Assembly (NCBI GenBank): GCA_049296095.1
Contig: JBAQRV010000001.1
Location: 90,001-122,000 of the forward strand
Reading direction: 5' to 3'
Origin: Candidatus Saccharimonadota bacterium
GTDB lineage: Bacteria; Patescibacteriota; Saccharimonadia; Saccharimonadales; Saccharimonadaceae
Length of the DNA stretch: 32,000 nucleotides
Part shown: one piece after another, positions 8,275-17,166 of the stretch
Numbering within the stretch: the first letter of the stretch is position 1
Layout of the letters: every line of letters starts with the position of its first letter
Notes under the pieces: generated by a model
What the model saw: the letters and a program-made list of their open reading frames with translations, nothing else
Told to the model about the DNA's origin: nothing
Database searches by the model: none
Position numbers and translations under genes: made by a program

Positions 8275-8865
8275 ATGCAGACGATCATGGCAAAAGGGCA
8301 GGGTAAAAAGGGACTGATTGTAACGATTATTGTGCTCGGCTTGACGCTGCTTGCGGTGGGTACGGTTGTGATACTGCAAAACATTAATAGTCAGCCAGAA
8401 GCAGACAGTTCGACGACGACACCAACCACCACTGACAATGATAAACCAGCTGATACAACACCAACCGAAACGCCAAATGACGAGCCAACGACTCCTGCTG
8501 TTGATCCTGCAACGCTGAATTCAATCGATATTGAACCATTAAGTATTACCGTCTTTTATACCAAAGGTATCGGTGGCTTTGAGTTTGCGGTTAATCGCAC
8601 GACAGATGGAACGCAGTACGTTGAATTTTCTGCCCCAGAGTTAGTTGGCACGAAGTGTACGGGTGATACAGGCGCTTTCGCTTCAATCATTAAGTCCCCG
8701 GCATCACCGGAGGATAAAACGACAATTTCTCAGACTGTTGTCGTGGATGGTGTGACCTATGGCCTTTCGCTTGCTGGCAAGAATTGTACCGCTGATGTAG
8801 CGTTGCTTGAAAAGTATCAGACTGGCTTCACGAACGGCTTTAGTCAATTAAAGGTGATGCCCTAA
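8275..8865 (+). CDS. membrane-anchored extracytoplasmic protein with a Thr/Pro-rich linker (hypothetical)
   Basis: 196 aa. Basic N-terminus, one TM helix (LIVTIIVLGLTLLAVGTVVIL), then a linker SSTTTPTTTDNDKPADTTPTETPNDEPTTPA, then a globular part with 2 Cys. Alternative start ATG 8287 (12 nt after GAGGG). Confidence 0.6.
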   Translation: MQTIMAKGQGKKGLIVTIIVLGLTLLAVGTVVILQNINSQPEADSSTTTPTTTDNDKPADTTPTETPNDEPTTPAVDPATLNSIDIEPLSITVFYTKGIGGFEFAVNRTTDGTQYVEFSAPELVGTKCTGDTGAFASIIKSPASPEDKTTISQTVVVDGVTYGLSLAGKNCTADVALLEKYQTGFTNGFSQLKVMP

Positions 8866-9710
8866 TGAAACATCGTCAATCAGGTCACACGCTCCTGATC
8901 ATTATTATTGTGGTGATTTCGTTAGGCATACTGGGATTACTCGGATTTCTATTCTGGCAGAACTTTATTAACACACCAGGAACGGCCGCAACTATTACCA
9001 ACTTTGAACAGTGTAAAGCTGCCGCCAGCAGTAAGATTTTAGAAACATATCCTGAACAATGTGTCACGAGCGACGGCCGAACCTTTGTTGGCCCAACGGC
9101 TAGTGGTGAAACCTACAAAACGTATTGCACGATCGCTGAAAAGCTTTGTTTTGAATATTTGAGCGATTGGAAGGTGGAGCTCTTGGCTGCGGCATCAGAC
9201 GAGCCTGGTGCTTCTGTTGATAATCTGCGAATTAGCTCAGCAGATGGTGAGTTCTGGCTACTCTTGACCTCTGGCATAAGTGGTCTCGGTGGGACTTGTC
9301 CCGAAGAGAGTCGTAAAGATGTCTATGTTCTGGAATCAACGCCGATTCCTGGATTGACCGGATACCAGGACGATTACAATCAAAATATGGCAGCGGTATC
9401 TCGAACGATATATCAGACCGAAGACGGTGAGTATGTTGCGGCATTATATGCAACAACTTCACCTGAGTATGCTAAAGCTGGGACCTTACAGACCTGTGGG
9501 ACGGCCTTTAGTGAGTTTATTAAAGGGACTCACTCGGTGATTAGTAGTGATTTCGAAGGTGCAGGTGTCTTTAGGTTTGGCTACACTGGATCAGATTTTT
9601 ACGGTGACAGCGCCGTCACTTATAAGACAGTTGACGAAGCAAGGGCTGTGTATGCAACGGATAACTATACGCGAGCAGGTCAAGTCTTGGCGAGTTTACG
9701 TTACGAGTGA
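8865..9710 (+). CDS. membrane-anchored extracytoplasmic Cys-containing protein (hypothetical)
   Basis: 281 aa. N-terminal TM helix (LLIIIIVVISLGILGLLGFLF), then FEQCKAAASSKILETYPEQCVTSDGRTF and further Cys residues. Start overlaps the upstream stop (TAATG). Confidence 0.6.
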   Translation: MKHRQSGHTLLIIIIVVISLGILGLLGFLFWQNFINTPGTAATITNFEQCKAAASSKILETYPEQCVTSDGRTFVGPTASGETYKTYCTIAEKLCFEYLSDWKVELLAAASDEPGASVDNLRISSADGEFWLLLTSGISGLGGTCPEESRKDVYVLESTPIPGLTGYQDDYNQNMAAVSRTIYQTEDGEYVAALYATTSPEYAKAGTLQTCGTAFSEFIKGTHSVISSDFEGAGVFRFGYTGSDFYGDSAVTYKTVDEARAVYATDNYTRAGQVLASLRYE

Positions 9711-9742
9711 GACCCGTTTCGCTCTAGATAGTGTAAAAATAG

Positions 9743-9748
9743 TATAAT
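9743..9748 (+). promoter_or_regulatory. -10 TATAAT immediately upstream of the uvrB start
   Basis: TATAAT at 9743..9748. ATG 9751 begins 2 nt later and ATG 9757 begins 8 nt later. No SD and a weak -35. Confidence 0.4.
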
Positions 9749-9750
9749 AG

Positions 9751-11727
9751 ATGCTGATGGATCAAAAATTTGTTCTAAAATCAGCCTATCAACCAACAGG
9801 CGACCAACCCACGGCAATTGCTGGGTTGCTTGATGGACTCAAAAAAGGCGAGCGAGAGCAAACTCTACTCGGTGTGACGGGCTCGGGAAAGACTTTCACC
9901 ATGGCGAATATTATTGCCGATCGACAAGTGCCGACGCTCGTACTCGCGCACAACAAAACTCTGGCGGCGCAACTCTACAGTGAGTTTAAATCATTCTTTC
10001 CAGACAACGAGGTACATTATTTTGTCAGTTATTTTGATTACTACCAACCCGAGGCGTATATTGCCAGCAGCGACACCTATATCGAGAAAGACAGCAAGAT
10101 CAATGATGAGATCGATCGGCTTCGTCACGCTGCGACCACCGCACTCTTAACGCGTCGCGATACGATCATCGTTGCCAGTGTGAGCTGTATCTACGGTATT
10201 GGCTCACCCGATGATTACGCCACTATGTCGATTACGATCAAGACGGGCGAACGTCGCCAGCAGGATAAGTTTATCCGCTTACTGACAGACATTCAGTACC
10301 AACGCAATGATATAGACTTTCATCGTGGAACTTTCCGTGTGCGCGGCGATATTGTCGATGTTTTTCCGGCTGGTAGCGACGTGGCCTATCGGATTGAATT
10401 TTTCGGCGATGAGGTCGAACGTATCACGCGGATCGATCCCCTCACGGGCGAGATTCTCGGTGAGCCAACTGAAACCACCATCTTCCCGAGCAGCCACTAC
10501 GTTACTCCAAGAGAGAAGGTGGCGATTGCAATCGAAAAAATTACCAAAGAGTTTGAAGAGCGTATTGCCTTTTTTGAAAAGAATGACAAATTACTCGAGG
10601 CGCAGCGTCTGGCACAGCGCACTAAATATGATCTTGAGATGCTGGAAGAGACGGGTTTTGTAAAGGGAATTGAGAACTATAGCCGCTATCTAACGAACCG
10701 TGAACCTGGTGAGCAGCCAGCCACCTTGATGGACTATTTCCCTGATGACTTCTTGTTGTTCGTTGATGAGAGCCACATGACTCTGCCGCAGGTACGAGGT
10801 ATGTATAACGGCGACCGTGCCCGAAAGGAAGTGCTAGTCGAACACGGATTTCGTCTGCCAAGCGCGCTCGATAACCGACCACTGACGTTTGATGAGTTTA
10901 ATAAACATATTAACAAGGCGATCTATGTTTCAGCGACGCCGGCAGACTATGAACTGTCACATAGCCCTGAACCAGTGCAGCAAATTATTCGTCCAACTGG
11001 CTTGATTGACCCTGAGATCATCATCCGTCCAACCAAGGGGCAAATAGATGACTTGATCGCTGAAATTCGAGACCGCACGACGAAACATCAGCGGGTATTA
11101 GTAACGACTCTCACGAAACGAATGGCCGAAGACCTTTCAACCTATTTACAAGATCTGGGTATTAAAACGGCCTATATACATAGTGAAGTAGACACCCTGG
11201 AGCGCGGCGATATTCTGATGGATTTGCGTTCTGGTGTTTATGATGTGTTGATCGGTATTAACTTGCTCCGTGAAGGGCTCGACCTCCCAGAGGTAAGTCT
11301 TGTGGCTATTATTGATGCCGACAAAGAAGGCTTTCTCCGTAGCACGAGTGCACTTATTCAGACGATTGGCCGTGCGGCCCGCCATCTCGACGGTAAGGTG
11401 CTAATGTACGCAGACAGAATTACTGATTCGATGAAACGGGCAATTGACGAAACAGATCGTCGACGCGCTATTCAGACTACTTACAATACCGAGCACGGGA
11501 TCACCCCGATCAGTATCGCCAAGGAACTCGATGAGGGTCTACGAGCAATTATTCCCAAGAAACCCGATGACTCGCCAAAGCTTGACCTGCGCAAAATTCC
11601 AAAAGATGAATATAAAACGCTCATTAAAGATCTCGAGGGTCAGATGGATTTGGCGAGTGCTAATCTGGAGTTTGAGAAAGCGGCTGATCTGCGTGATATG
11701 ATTGCTGAAATTCGTGCCAAGCTCTAA
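9751..11727 (+). CDS. uvrB: excinuclease ABC subunit B
   Basis: 658 aa. Contains [23 protein letters not shown], a helicase C-terminal region and a C-terminal UVR motif ([17 protein letters not shown]). The true start may be ATG 9757. Confidence 0.95.
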   Translation: MLMDQKFVLKSAYQPTGDQPTAIAGLLDGLKKGEREQTLLGVTGSGKTFTMANIIADRQVPTLVLAHNKTLAAQLYSEFKSFFPDNEVHYFVSYFDYYQPEAYIASSDTYIEKDSKINDEIDRLRHAATTALLTRRDTIIVASVSCIYGIGSPDDYATMSITIKTGERRQQDKFIRLLTDIQYQRNDIDFHRGTFRVRGDIVDVFPAGSDVAYRIEFFGDEVERITRIDPLTGEILGEPTETTIFPSSHYVTPREKVAIAIEKITKEFEERIAFFEKNDKLLEAQRLAQRTKYDLEMLEETGFVKGIENYSRYLTNREPGEQPATLMDYFPDDFLLFVDESHMTLPQVRGMYNGDRARKEVLVEHGFRLPSALDNRPLTFDEFNKHINKAIYVSATPADYELSHSPEPVQQIIRPTGLIDPEIIIRPTKGQIDDLIAEIRDRTTKHQRVLVTTLTKRMAEDLSTYLQDLGIKTAYIHSEVDTLERGDILMDLRSGVYDVLIGINLLREGLDLPEVSLVAIIDADKEGFLRSTSALIQTIGRAARHLDGKVLMYADRITDSMKRAIDETDRRRAIQTTYNTEHGITPISIAKELDEGLRAIIPKKPDDSPKLDLRKIPKDEYKTLIKDLEGQMDLASANLEFEKAADLRDMIAEIRAKL

Positions 11728-11752
11728 GCTACACGTTTCTCTGTTAGTGAGG

Positions 11753-11758
11753 TATAAT
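11753..11758 (+). promoter_or_regulatory. -10 TATAAT, 10 nt upstream of the gatC ATG
   Basis: TATAAT at 11753..11758, then AAAGCAATAT, then ATG 11769. No SD. Confidence 0.4.
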
Positions 11759-11768
11759 AAAGCAATAT

Positions 11769-12059
11769 ATGACACAGATCTCGAACGACGATGTGCACTA
11801 CCTGGCGCAGCTCAGCAATTTACAACTGACGGATGTAGAGACGTCTGCTATGCGGGCCGATCTTGAAAATATCCTTGGCTACGTTCAGCAACTGGCGGAA
11901 CTTGATACGTCTGGCGTCGAGCCGACCTATCAGGTAACCGATCTTCACACCGTATGGCGTGAGGATGAGGTGGACACATATGGGTTGGGTCGAGACGAAT
12001 TGCTTCGGCTTGCTCCGGACAAAGAGGCTGATCAAATTAAGGTCCCGAAGGTACTATAA
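11769..12059 (+). CDS. gatC: Asp/Glu-tRNA(Asn/Gln) amidotransferase subunit C
   Basis: 96 aa. Typical GatC length and pattern (DVHYLAQLSNLQLTDVE...LENILGYVQQLAELDTSGVEP), directly upstream of gatA. Confidence 0.9.
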   Translation: MTQISNDDVHYLAQLSNLQLTDVETSAMRADLENILGYVQQLAELDTSGVEPTYQVTDLHTVWREDEVDTYGLGRDELLRLAPDKEADQIKVPKVL

Positions 12060-12061
12060 CG

Positions 12062-13429
12062 ATGAGTACGATCAGTCAATTCCAGGAGTCTTCAGCGCGC
12101 GCGAATGTTGAACAAGCGATCGCGAAAGCCCGTGAACACGAGGATTTTCATGCACTACTCAGTCTATGTGAGGAACGTGCACTCGCCAGGGCTGACCAAG
12201 TTGATCGAGGTGAGATTTCGGGCCGCCTGGCTGGTGTTCCTTTTGTTGCCAAAGATAATTTCTTGACACTCGGTGGCACAACGACAGCCGCCAGCTTATT
12301 TCTTGAGAATTTCGAAGCGCCTTTACAAGCAACAGCGATTGAGAAACTCGAAGCGGAAGGTGCTATCTGTATCGGTAAGGCTAATCTCGATGCTTTTGCG
12401 CACGGGGGAAGCACTGAAAACTCAGCCTTTGGTCCGACGATGAATGCATACGATAAAGAGCGAGTGGCGGGTGGTTCAAGTGGCGGATCGGCAGTTGCGG
12501 TGGCGCTCGATATTGTCCCATTTGCGCTTGGGACAGATACGGGTGGTTCCATTCGTCAGCCAGCCAGTTTCAATGGCGTGGTAGGTGTAAAACCAACTTA
12601 CGGAACAGTCAGTCGTTATGGTGTGGTGGCGATGGCGAGTAGTACTGATACGATCGGCGTATTGGCGAGCTCGGTTGAGGATGCCGAACTGGTTATGTCG
12701 ATCATGAGCGGTACAGACAAAAAGGACATGACTACTTTGCCGGACTTTTTCAAACCAGTCTCATTGGATCAGCCACAGCGCATTGGCGTCATTAAAGAAT
12801 TTATGACCGATGATGTTGACGAGTCGGTTCGTGTTGCGACGACTAACTATATCGAGCAGCTCAAGGCGGCAGGACACTTAGTCGAGGAAGTGAGTCTACC
12901 GCTATTGAAATACGCCCTGGCGATTTATTACATCGTTGTTCCGGCTGAGATTAGTAGCAATCTAGGTCGCTACGACGGGATTCGCTACGGTCGTCGGGCG
13001 GATGCGTCATCGTTGTCTGAGTTATATGGTGCCTCTCGCGATCAAGGATTTATGACTGAGAATAAGCGACGCATTATGATCGGTAGCTATGTATTATCGA
13101 GCGGGTTCTTTGATGCTTACTACCTCCAGGCACAGAAAGCGCGCACACTGCTGATTAACGCCTTTAATGAACTATTTGCATCGTTTGATGTATTGGTCGG
13201 ACCGGTCGCGCCGACCCCGGCCTTTAAACTCGGTGAAAATACCAGTGACCCGGTCAAGATGTATCTGGCTGACATTATGACCGTTCCAGCCAGTCTCGCG
13301 GGTCTCCCGGCGATTAGTGTGCCAGCAGGAAAAAATGAACAAGGCCTACCGATAGGCGTGCAATTGATCGGCCCTCGTCGTCAAGATGCTCGCTTATTAG
13401 CACTGGCTAAACAAATGGAGACGCAGTAA
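12062..13429 (+). CDS. gatA: Asp/Glu-tRNA(Asn/Gln) amidotransferase subunit A
   Basis: 455 aa. Amidase signature GGSSGGSAVAVA...GTDTGGSIRQPA. Confidence 0.95.
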   Translation: MSTISQFQESSARANVEQAIAKAREHEDFHALLSLCEERALARADQVDRGEISGRLAGVPFVAKDNFLTLGGTTTAASLFLENFEAPLQATAIEKLEAEGAICIGKANLDAFAHGGSTENSAFGPTMNAYDKERVAGGSSGGSAVAVALDIVPFALGTDTGGSIRQPASFNGVVGVKPTYGTVSRYGVVAMASSTDTIGVLASSVEDAELVMSIMSGTDKKDMTTLPDFFKPVSLDQPQRIGVIKEFMTDDVDESVRVATTNYIEQLKAAGHLVEEVSLPLLKYALAIYYIVVPAEISSNLGRYDGIRYGRRADASSLSELYGASRDQGFMTENKRRIMIGSYVLSSGFFDAYYLQAQKARTLLINAFNELFASFDVLVGPVAPTPAFKLGENTSDPVKMYLADIMTVPASLAGLPAISVPAGKNEQGLPIGVQLIGPRRQDARLLALAKQMETQ

Positions 13430-13854
13430 TGGATCAGACACTTTCAATTATTTTCTTTTTTGCCGCTGTATTTATTTTTGGCGGGCTTTTGTTTGCAGTC
13501 ATTGCCTTGTCGCGCCGTGGTCCACGCGGCCTGGATATTGAGAAGTATCGCAGTCGTTGGATGACGATCGAGCAGCAACTGAAACGAGACGAAGCCAATA
13601 GTTATTCGATGTGTGTCCTGAATGCCGACAAACTACTCGATCAGGCCCTCCAAGAGAAGGGTGTATCAGGGACAACGATGGGTGAGCGGATGAAAGCGAT
13701 GCAATCGAAATGGTCAAATGCTAATAATGTTTGGGCGGCTCATAAATTGCGAAACCAGATCGCTCACGAGCCCGATGTACGACTCGATTATGACGGTGCC
13801 CGGCGAACCCTAGCGGCGTTTAAACAAGCCTTAAAAGATGTAGGGGCAATTTAA
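13429..13854 (+). CDS. small N-terminally membrane-anchored helical protein with an R-N-x3-H (HEPN-like) motif
   Basis: 141 aa. TM helix at residues ~6-27, followed by RRGPRG (cytoplasmic side). AHKLRNQIAHE at nt 13741..13770. Both ends overlap neighbours by 1 nt (TAATG at gatA and at gatB). Confidence 0.7.
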   Translation: MDQTLSIIFFFAAVFIFGGLLFAVIALSRRGPRGLDIEKYRSRWMTIEQQLKRDEANSYSMCVLNADKLLDQALQEKGVSGTTMGERMKAMQSKWSNANNVWAAHKLRNQIAHEPDVRLDYDGARRTLAAFKQALKDVGAI

Positions 13855-15308
13855 TGGCAACCCAAGAAGTCTTAGATAAGTATGAAATGACCATTGGTAT
13901 CGAATGTCATGTTCAACTGGCAACCATGAGTAAGTTATTTAGTGGTGCTGATAATGACGCCCGTGAGAAAGCACCGAATACAGCTGTAAACCCTATCGAT
14001 TTTGGTTTGCCTGGTATGCTTCCGGTCTTGAATCATCAAGCAGTCGAGTTGGCCGTACGGGCCGGCAAGGCCCTTAATGCGGATATTGCCCACATTAGTC
14101 GGTTTGACCGAAAACATTATTTCTACCCTGATCTTCCAAAGGGCTACCAGATTAGTCAAATGTATCAGCCGATTATTATTGGTGGATACGTTGAAGCGCC
14201 TTTGCTGGGTGGTGAAATCGTTCGAGTGGCGATTCATCATGCTCATATTGAAGAGGATGCGGGAAAACTCACCCATTACTCTGACTTTAGCCTGGTTGAT
14301 CTTAACCGTGCGGGAACGCCATTGATTGAGATTGTCTCCGAGCCAGACATTCACTCAGCTGCTGGAGCGAAAGCCTATGCAGTCGAACTGCATCGCTTAA
14401 TGACCTACGCAGGCGTCACTCTCGGGAACTTATATCACGGCAACATGCGCTTTGATGTGAACTTATCAGTTGCTCCAAAGGGTGCGACGGAGCTTGGTAA
14501 GCGGGCCGAAGTGAAAAACTTGAACTCGTTCCGTAGTGTCGAGCGAGCAGCTGAATATGAGTTTAACCGACAAGTAGAGCTGCTTGAAAAGGGTGAAGCT
14601 GTTATCCAAGAGACGCGAGGCTGGGATGATGCAACCGGTAAAACGACGTCACAGCGGAGCAAGGAGGACGCTCAAGATTATCGCTACATGCCTGACGCTG
14701 ACATTCCACCGATTATTCTGAGTGATGAAGAAATCGAGAGAATTCAATCGGAAGTTCCGCCACTACCAGCCTACTACCGTCAAGCATGGCAGTCTTTGCA
14801 ACTCGATACGTCTGTGACCGAGACTCTCTTGGATACGCCTAGTTATGCCAGCCTTATTACCGAGATTCAGACCACCGCGGGTGATGAAGCAGCTCGCCGC
14901 GTAGCGCATTGGTTTTCAAGTAGTGTCGGTCAGTCTGAAGAAGACACGGCTATTATTGCAAGTAATTTCGTACCGGAAGGCTATATCGAGCTGTCAAACA
15001 TGGTTGCAGCTAATGAGCTATCGAGTACTGCCGCAAAGGAGATTTTCAGCGAACTGCTCACCAGTGAGCAAACTCCGCGACAGATTGCAGAGACAAAGAA
15101 TCTCCTTCAAGTGAGCGATGAGGCGGCCATTCAAGAAATCGTTGACCAGGTGTTATCTGATCCGGCGAGCGCTCAGTCAGTGGCCGATGTAAAAGCTGGC
15201 CAGGATAAAGCGATTGGTTATCTGGTTGGGCAAGTTATGAAGCAGTCTCATGGCAAGGCCAACCCAAGCCTCGCCCAACAACTTATTCGTAAAAAACTAG
15301 GAGAGTAG
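13854..15308 (+). CDS. gatB: Asp/Glu-tRNA(Asn/Gln) amidotransferase subunit B
   Basis: 484 aa. Contains IGIECHVQLATMSKLF, LPGMLPVLN, NLNSFRSVERA and a C-terminal YqeY-like tail. Confidence 0.95.
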   Translation: MATQEVLDKYEMTIGIECHVQLATMSKLFSGADNDAREKAPNTAVNPIDFGLPGMLPVLNHQAVELAVRAGKALNADIAHISRFDRKHYFYPDLPKGYQISQMYQPIIIGGYVEAPLLGGEIVRVAIHHAHIEEDAGKLTHYSDFSLVDLNRAGTPLIEIVSEPDIHSAAGAKAYAVELHRLMTYAGVTLGNLYHGNMRFDVNLSVAPKGATELGKRAEVKNLNSFRSVERAAEYEFNRQVELLEKGEAVIQETRGWDDATGKTTSQRSKEDAQDYRYMPDADIPPIILSDEEIERIQSEVPPLPAYYRQAWQSLQLDTSVTETLLDTPSYASLITEIQTTAGDEAARRVAHWFSSSVGQSEEDTAIIASNFVPEGYIELSNMVAANELSSTAAKEIFSELLTSEQTPRQIAETKNLLQVSDEAAIQEIVDQVLSDPASAQSVADVKAGQDKAIGYLVGQVMKQSHGKANPSLAQQLIRKKLGE

Positions 15309-15309
15309 T

Positions 15310-16188
15310 ATGAAACAACCGACAAAAGCTATTATTTGTGCCGCTGGTCTCGGAACACGGTTCTTACCACAGACAAAAGCGATGCCAAAGGAAATGCTTC
15401 CGTTGATCGATCGTCCTGTGATCCAGGTTATTGTCGAACAGGCTGTTGCGGCTGGCGTGACTGAGATTATTATTGTTACAGGCAGCACCAAGCGTGCAAT
15501 CGAAGATCATTTTGATCGCAGCGATGAACTCGAGGCCGAACTTCGCCAGAATGGCAAGGAAGACAAGGCGGAAGAAATTAAGCGTGTCGCAGAACTAGCT
15601 AACTTCGTCTATGTTCGTCAAAAGGGGACGCCAAAAGGCAATGCTCGCCCGATACTCAACGCTCGTCACCTTATTAACGATAATGAGCCTTTCTTTGTCT
15701 TTTTTGCCGATGACTTTTTCCGTAGTGAAACACCTTGGCCTGTGCAGCTAAAAGATGCCTATAACGCGACCGGTAAATCGGTTATCTCACTGATCGAGGT
15801 TGACGATGAAGGCACTAAAAAATATGGCATCGTCAGTTTATCTGATCAAAAATCAGACAGAGTATTCCGCATTACCGACTTTGTCGAAAAGCCAGGACCC
15901 GAGAAGGCGCCGTCTCACTTTGCCTCTGTCGGAAGTTACTTGCTAACACCAGAAATCTGGCCGTACCTTGAACGTGAGATCGTGAGCAGTCGTGGTGAAA
16001 TTGAACTCGCTGATAGTATTAATGACCTTGCCCGCGAGGGCGAAATGTATGGCTGTTTTATCGACGGCGTCTGGCACGATGCTGGTGATCAATTGAAGTA
16101 TATCCAAGCAGTTATTGACCTTGCGCTTGAGAGCAAAGAGTATGGGGAAGAACTAACAACCTATCTCAAAGAACGTCTCAGCAGTTAG
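15310..16188 (+). CDS. galU: UTP--glucose-1-phosphate uridylyltransferase
   Basis: 292 aa. Contains AIICAAGLGTRFLPQTKAMPKEMLPLIDRPVIQ and VEKP. Starts 1 nt after the gatB stop. Confidence 0.9.
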   Translation: MKQPTKAIICAAGLGTRFLPQTKAMPKEMLPLIDRPVIQVIVEQAVAAGVTEIIIVTGSTKRAIEDHFDRSDELEAELRQNGKEDKAEEIKRVAELANFVYVRQKGTPKGNARPILNARHLINDNEPFFVFFADDFFRSETPWPVQLKDAYNATGKSVISLIEVDDEGTKKYGIVSLSDQKSDRVFRITDFVEKPGPEKAPSHFASVGSYLLTPEIWPYLEREIVSSRGEIELADSINDLAREGEMYGCFIDGVWHDAGDQLKYIQAVIDLALESKEYGEELTTYLKERLSS

Positions 16189-16189
16189 T

Positions 16190-16218
16190 TTGCTCTGATT
16201 TCAAGCAAGAGGTATACT
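16190..16218 (+). promoter_or_regulatory. candidate promoter for the ytxG/ytxH-like operon
   Basis: TTGCTC (16190..16195), 17-nt spacer, TATACT (16213..16218). SD AAGAAGAGGG at 16242..16251. Confidence 0.4.
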
Positions 16219-16256
16219 AAACGGGTACACGTAATATTTAAAAGAAGAGGGTACAC

Positions 16257-16517
16257 ATGAGTCCAGCTGCTGAAATACTTGTCATTATCCTATCGGTTTT
16301 CCTGGCCATTTTTTTGGTTGTTGCGATTATCCTAGGAATCTATTTAATCCGATTGTCCGCTGAAATTCGTCGCATTGCCGCAACGGCACAAAAAACAGTT
16401 GATCATATTGAATCAGCTGTCGATGGTGCAAGCCGATTGGTTTCACCACTGTTTGTGGCGGATCTTATCGGACGGATTATTAAAAAATTTACGAAACAGT
16501 CTAAAAGGGGAAATTAA
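16257..16517 (+). CDS. small membrane protein, DUF948/YtxG-like
   Basis: 86 aa. One N-terminal TM helix, then a helical segment (RLSAEIRRIAATAQKTVDHIESAVDG) as in DUF948. Adjacent to a YtxH-like gene. Confidence 0.55.
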   Translation: MSPAAEILVIILSVFLAIFLVVAIILGIYLIRLSAEIRRIAATAQKTVDHIESAVDGASRLVSPLFVADLIGRIIKKFTKQSKRGN

Positions 16518-16519
16518 TT

Positions 16520-16828
16520 ATGACAAAGAATAATACAGGTAAAGTAGCGATCGGTGCAGCTATTGGTGTTGCTGCAGGTGCGGTTGCGGGATTTATTACT
16601 GGCTTACTGACTGCGCCAAAGAGCGGTAAAGAAACACGAGAAGATATTAAAAAGACAGCAAAAGAAGTAAAAGGTAAAGCCGAGACCGTTGCAAAAGATG
16701 TTCGAGGCCGAGCTGAGGATATTGTTGAAGACGTCGTTGATACCGCTAAGGAAGTTCGCGGACGTGCCGAGCAGGCATACGAAGGTGCAAAAAAGGGCGC
16801 TGCCAAGAAACCAACCTCAAAAAAATAA
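16520..16828 (+). CDS. YtxH-like general-stress/LEA-like protein
   Basis: 102 aa. Gly/Ala-rich hydrophobic N-terminus followed by the hallmark APKSGKETREDIKK, then repeated AKEV+G+AE units. Confidence 0.75.
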   Translation: MTKNNTGKVAIGAAIGVAAGAVAGFITGLLTAPKSGKETREDIKKTAKEVKGKAETVAKDVRGRAEDIVEDVVDTAKEVRGRAEQAYEGAKKGAAKKPTSKK

Positions 16829-16831
16829 TCC

Positions 16832-17113
16832 ATGATACAAAAAGCCGCGCGCAAACTGAAGGAAGATAATGAGCGAGGAGCTCGCCAAGCGATTCTTGAA
16901 GATCTTTTTTACGATTTTCATAAAAGTCGCAGGCAAGTCTACTTGATGAATTTTGTGCGTGGCCTTTTCTTTGGTGTCGGAAGTGTCATCGGCGGTACCT
17001 TGGTAGTTGCTTTTGTCCTGAGTCTTTTAGGACTATTGGTTGATATTCCAGGGGGTGTTGGTGACTTTATTCAATATATTGTTGATCTCGTAAAACAAAA
17101 TAAAACACCTTAG
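16832..17113 (+). CDS. small membrane protein (DUF5665-like)
   Basis: 93 aa. Charged N-terminus, then NFVRGLFFGVGSVIGGTLVVAFVLSLLGLL. The family assignment is from memory of the motif and is tentative. Confidence 0.5.
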   Translation: MIQKAARKLKEDNERGARQAILEDLFYDFHKSRRQVYLMNFVRGLFFGVGSVIGGTLVVAFVLSLLGLLVDIPGGVGDFIQYIVDLVKQNKTP

Positions 17114-17166
17114 CATTATTTACTACAGACAAAGTAGTGTCAAAGTCGCTATACTAGGAGGTAGGT

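Noticed and set aside
8865-8960. Possible type IV prepilin signal at the N-terminus of the 281-aa protein (KHRQSG/HTLLIIIIVV)
   Set aside because: It lacks the G/FTLIE-type cleavage context: there is no Phe/Met at +1 and no Glu at +5. A plain signal-anchor helix is the simpler reading.
17150-17155. TATACT immediately upstream of the dnaE SD as a promoter -10
   Set aside because: A start site 7 nt downstream would fall inside or past the TAGGAGG SD that dnaE clearly uses, and there is no -35. It is more likely a chance hexamer, with dnaE transcribed from upstream.
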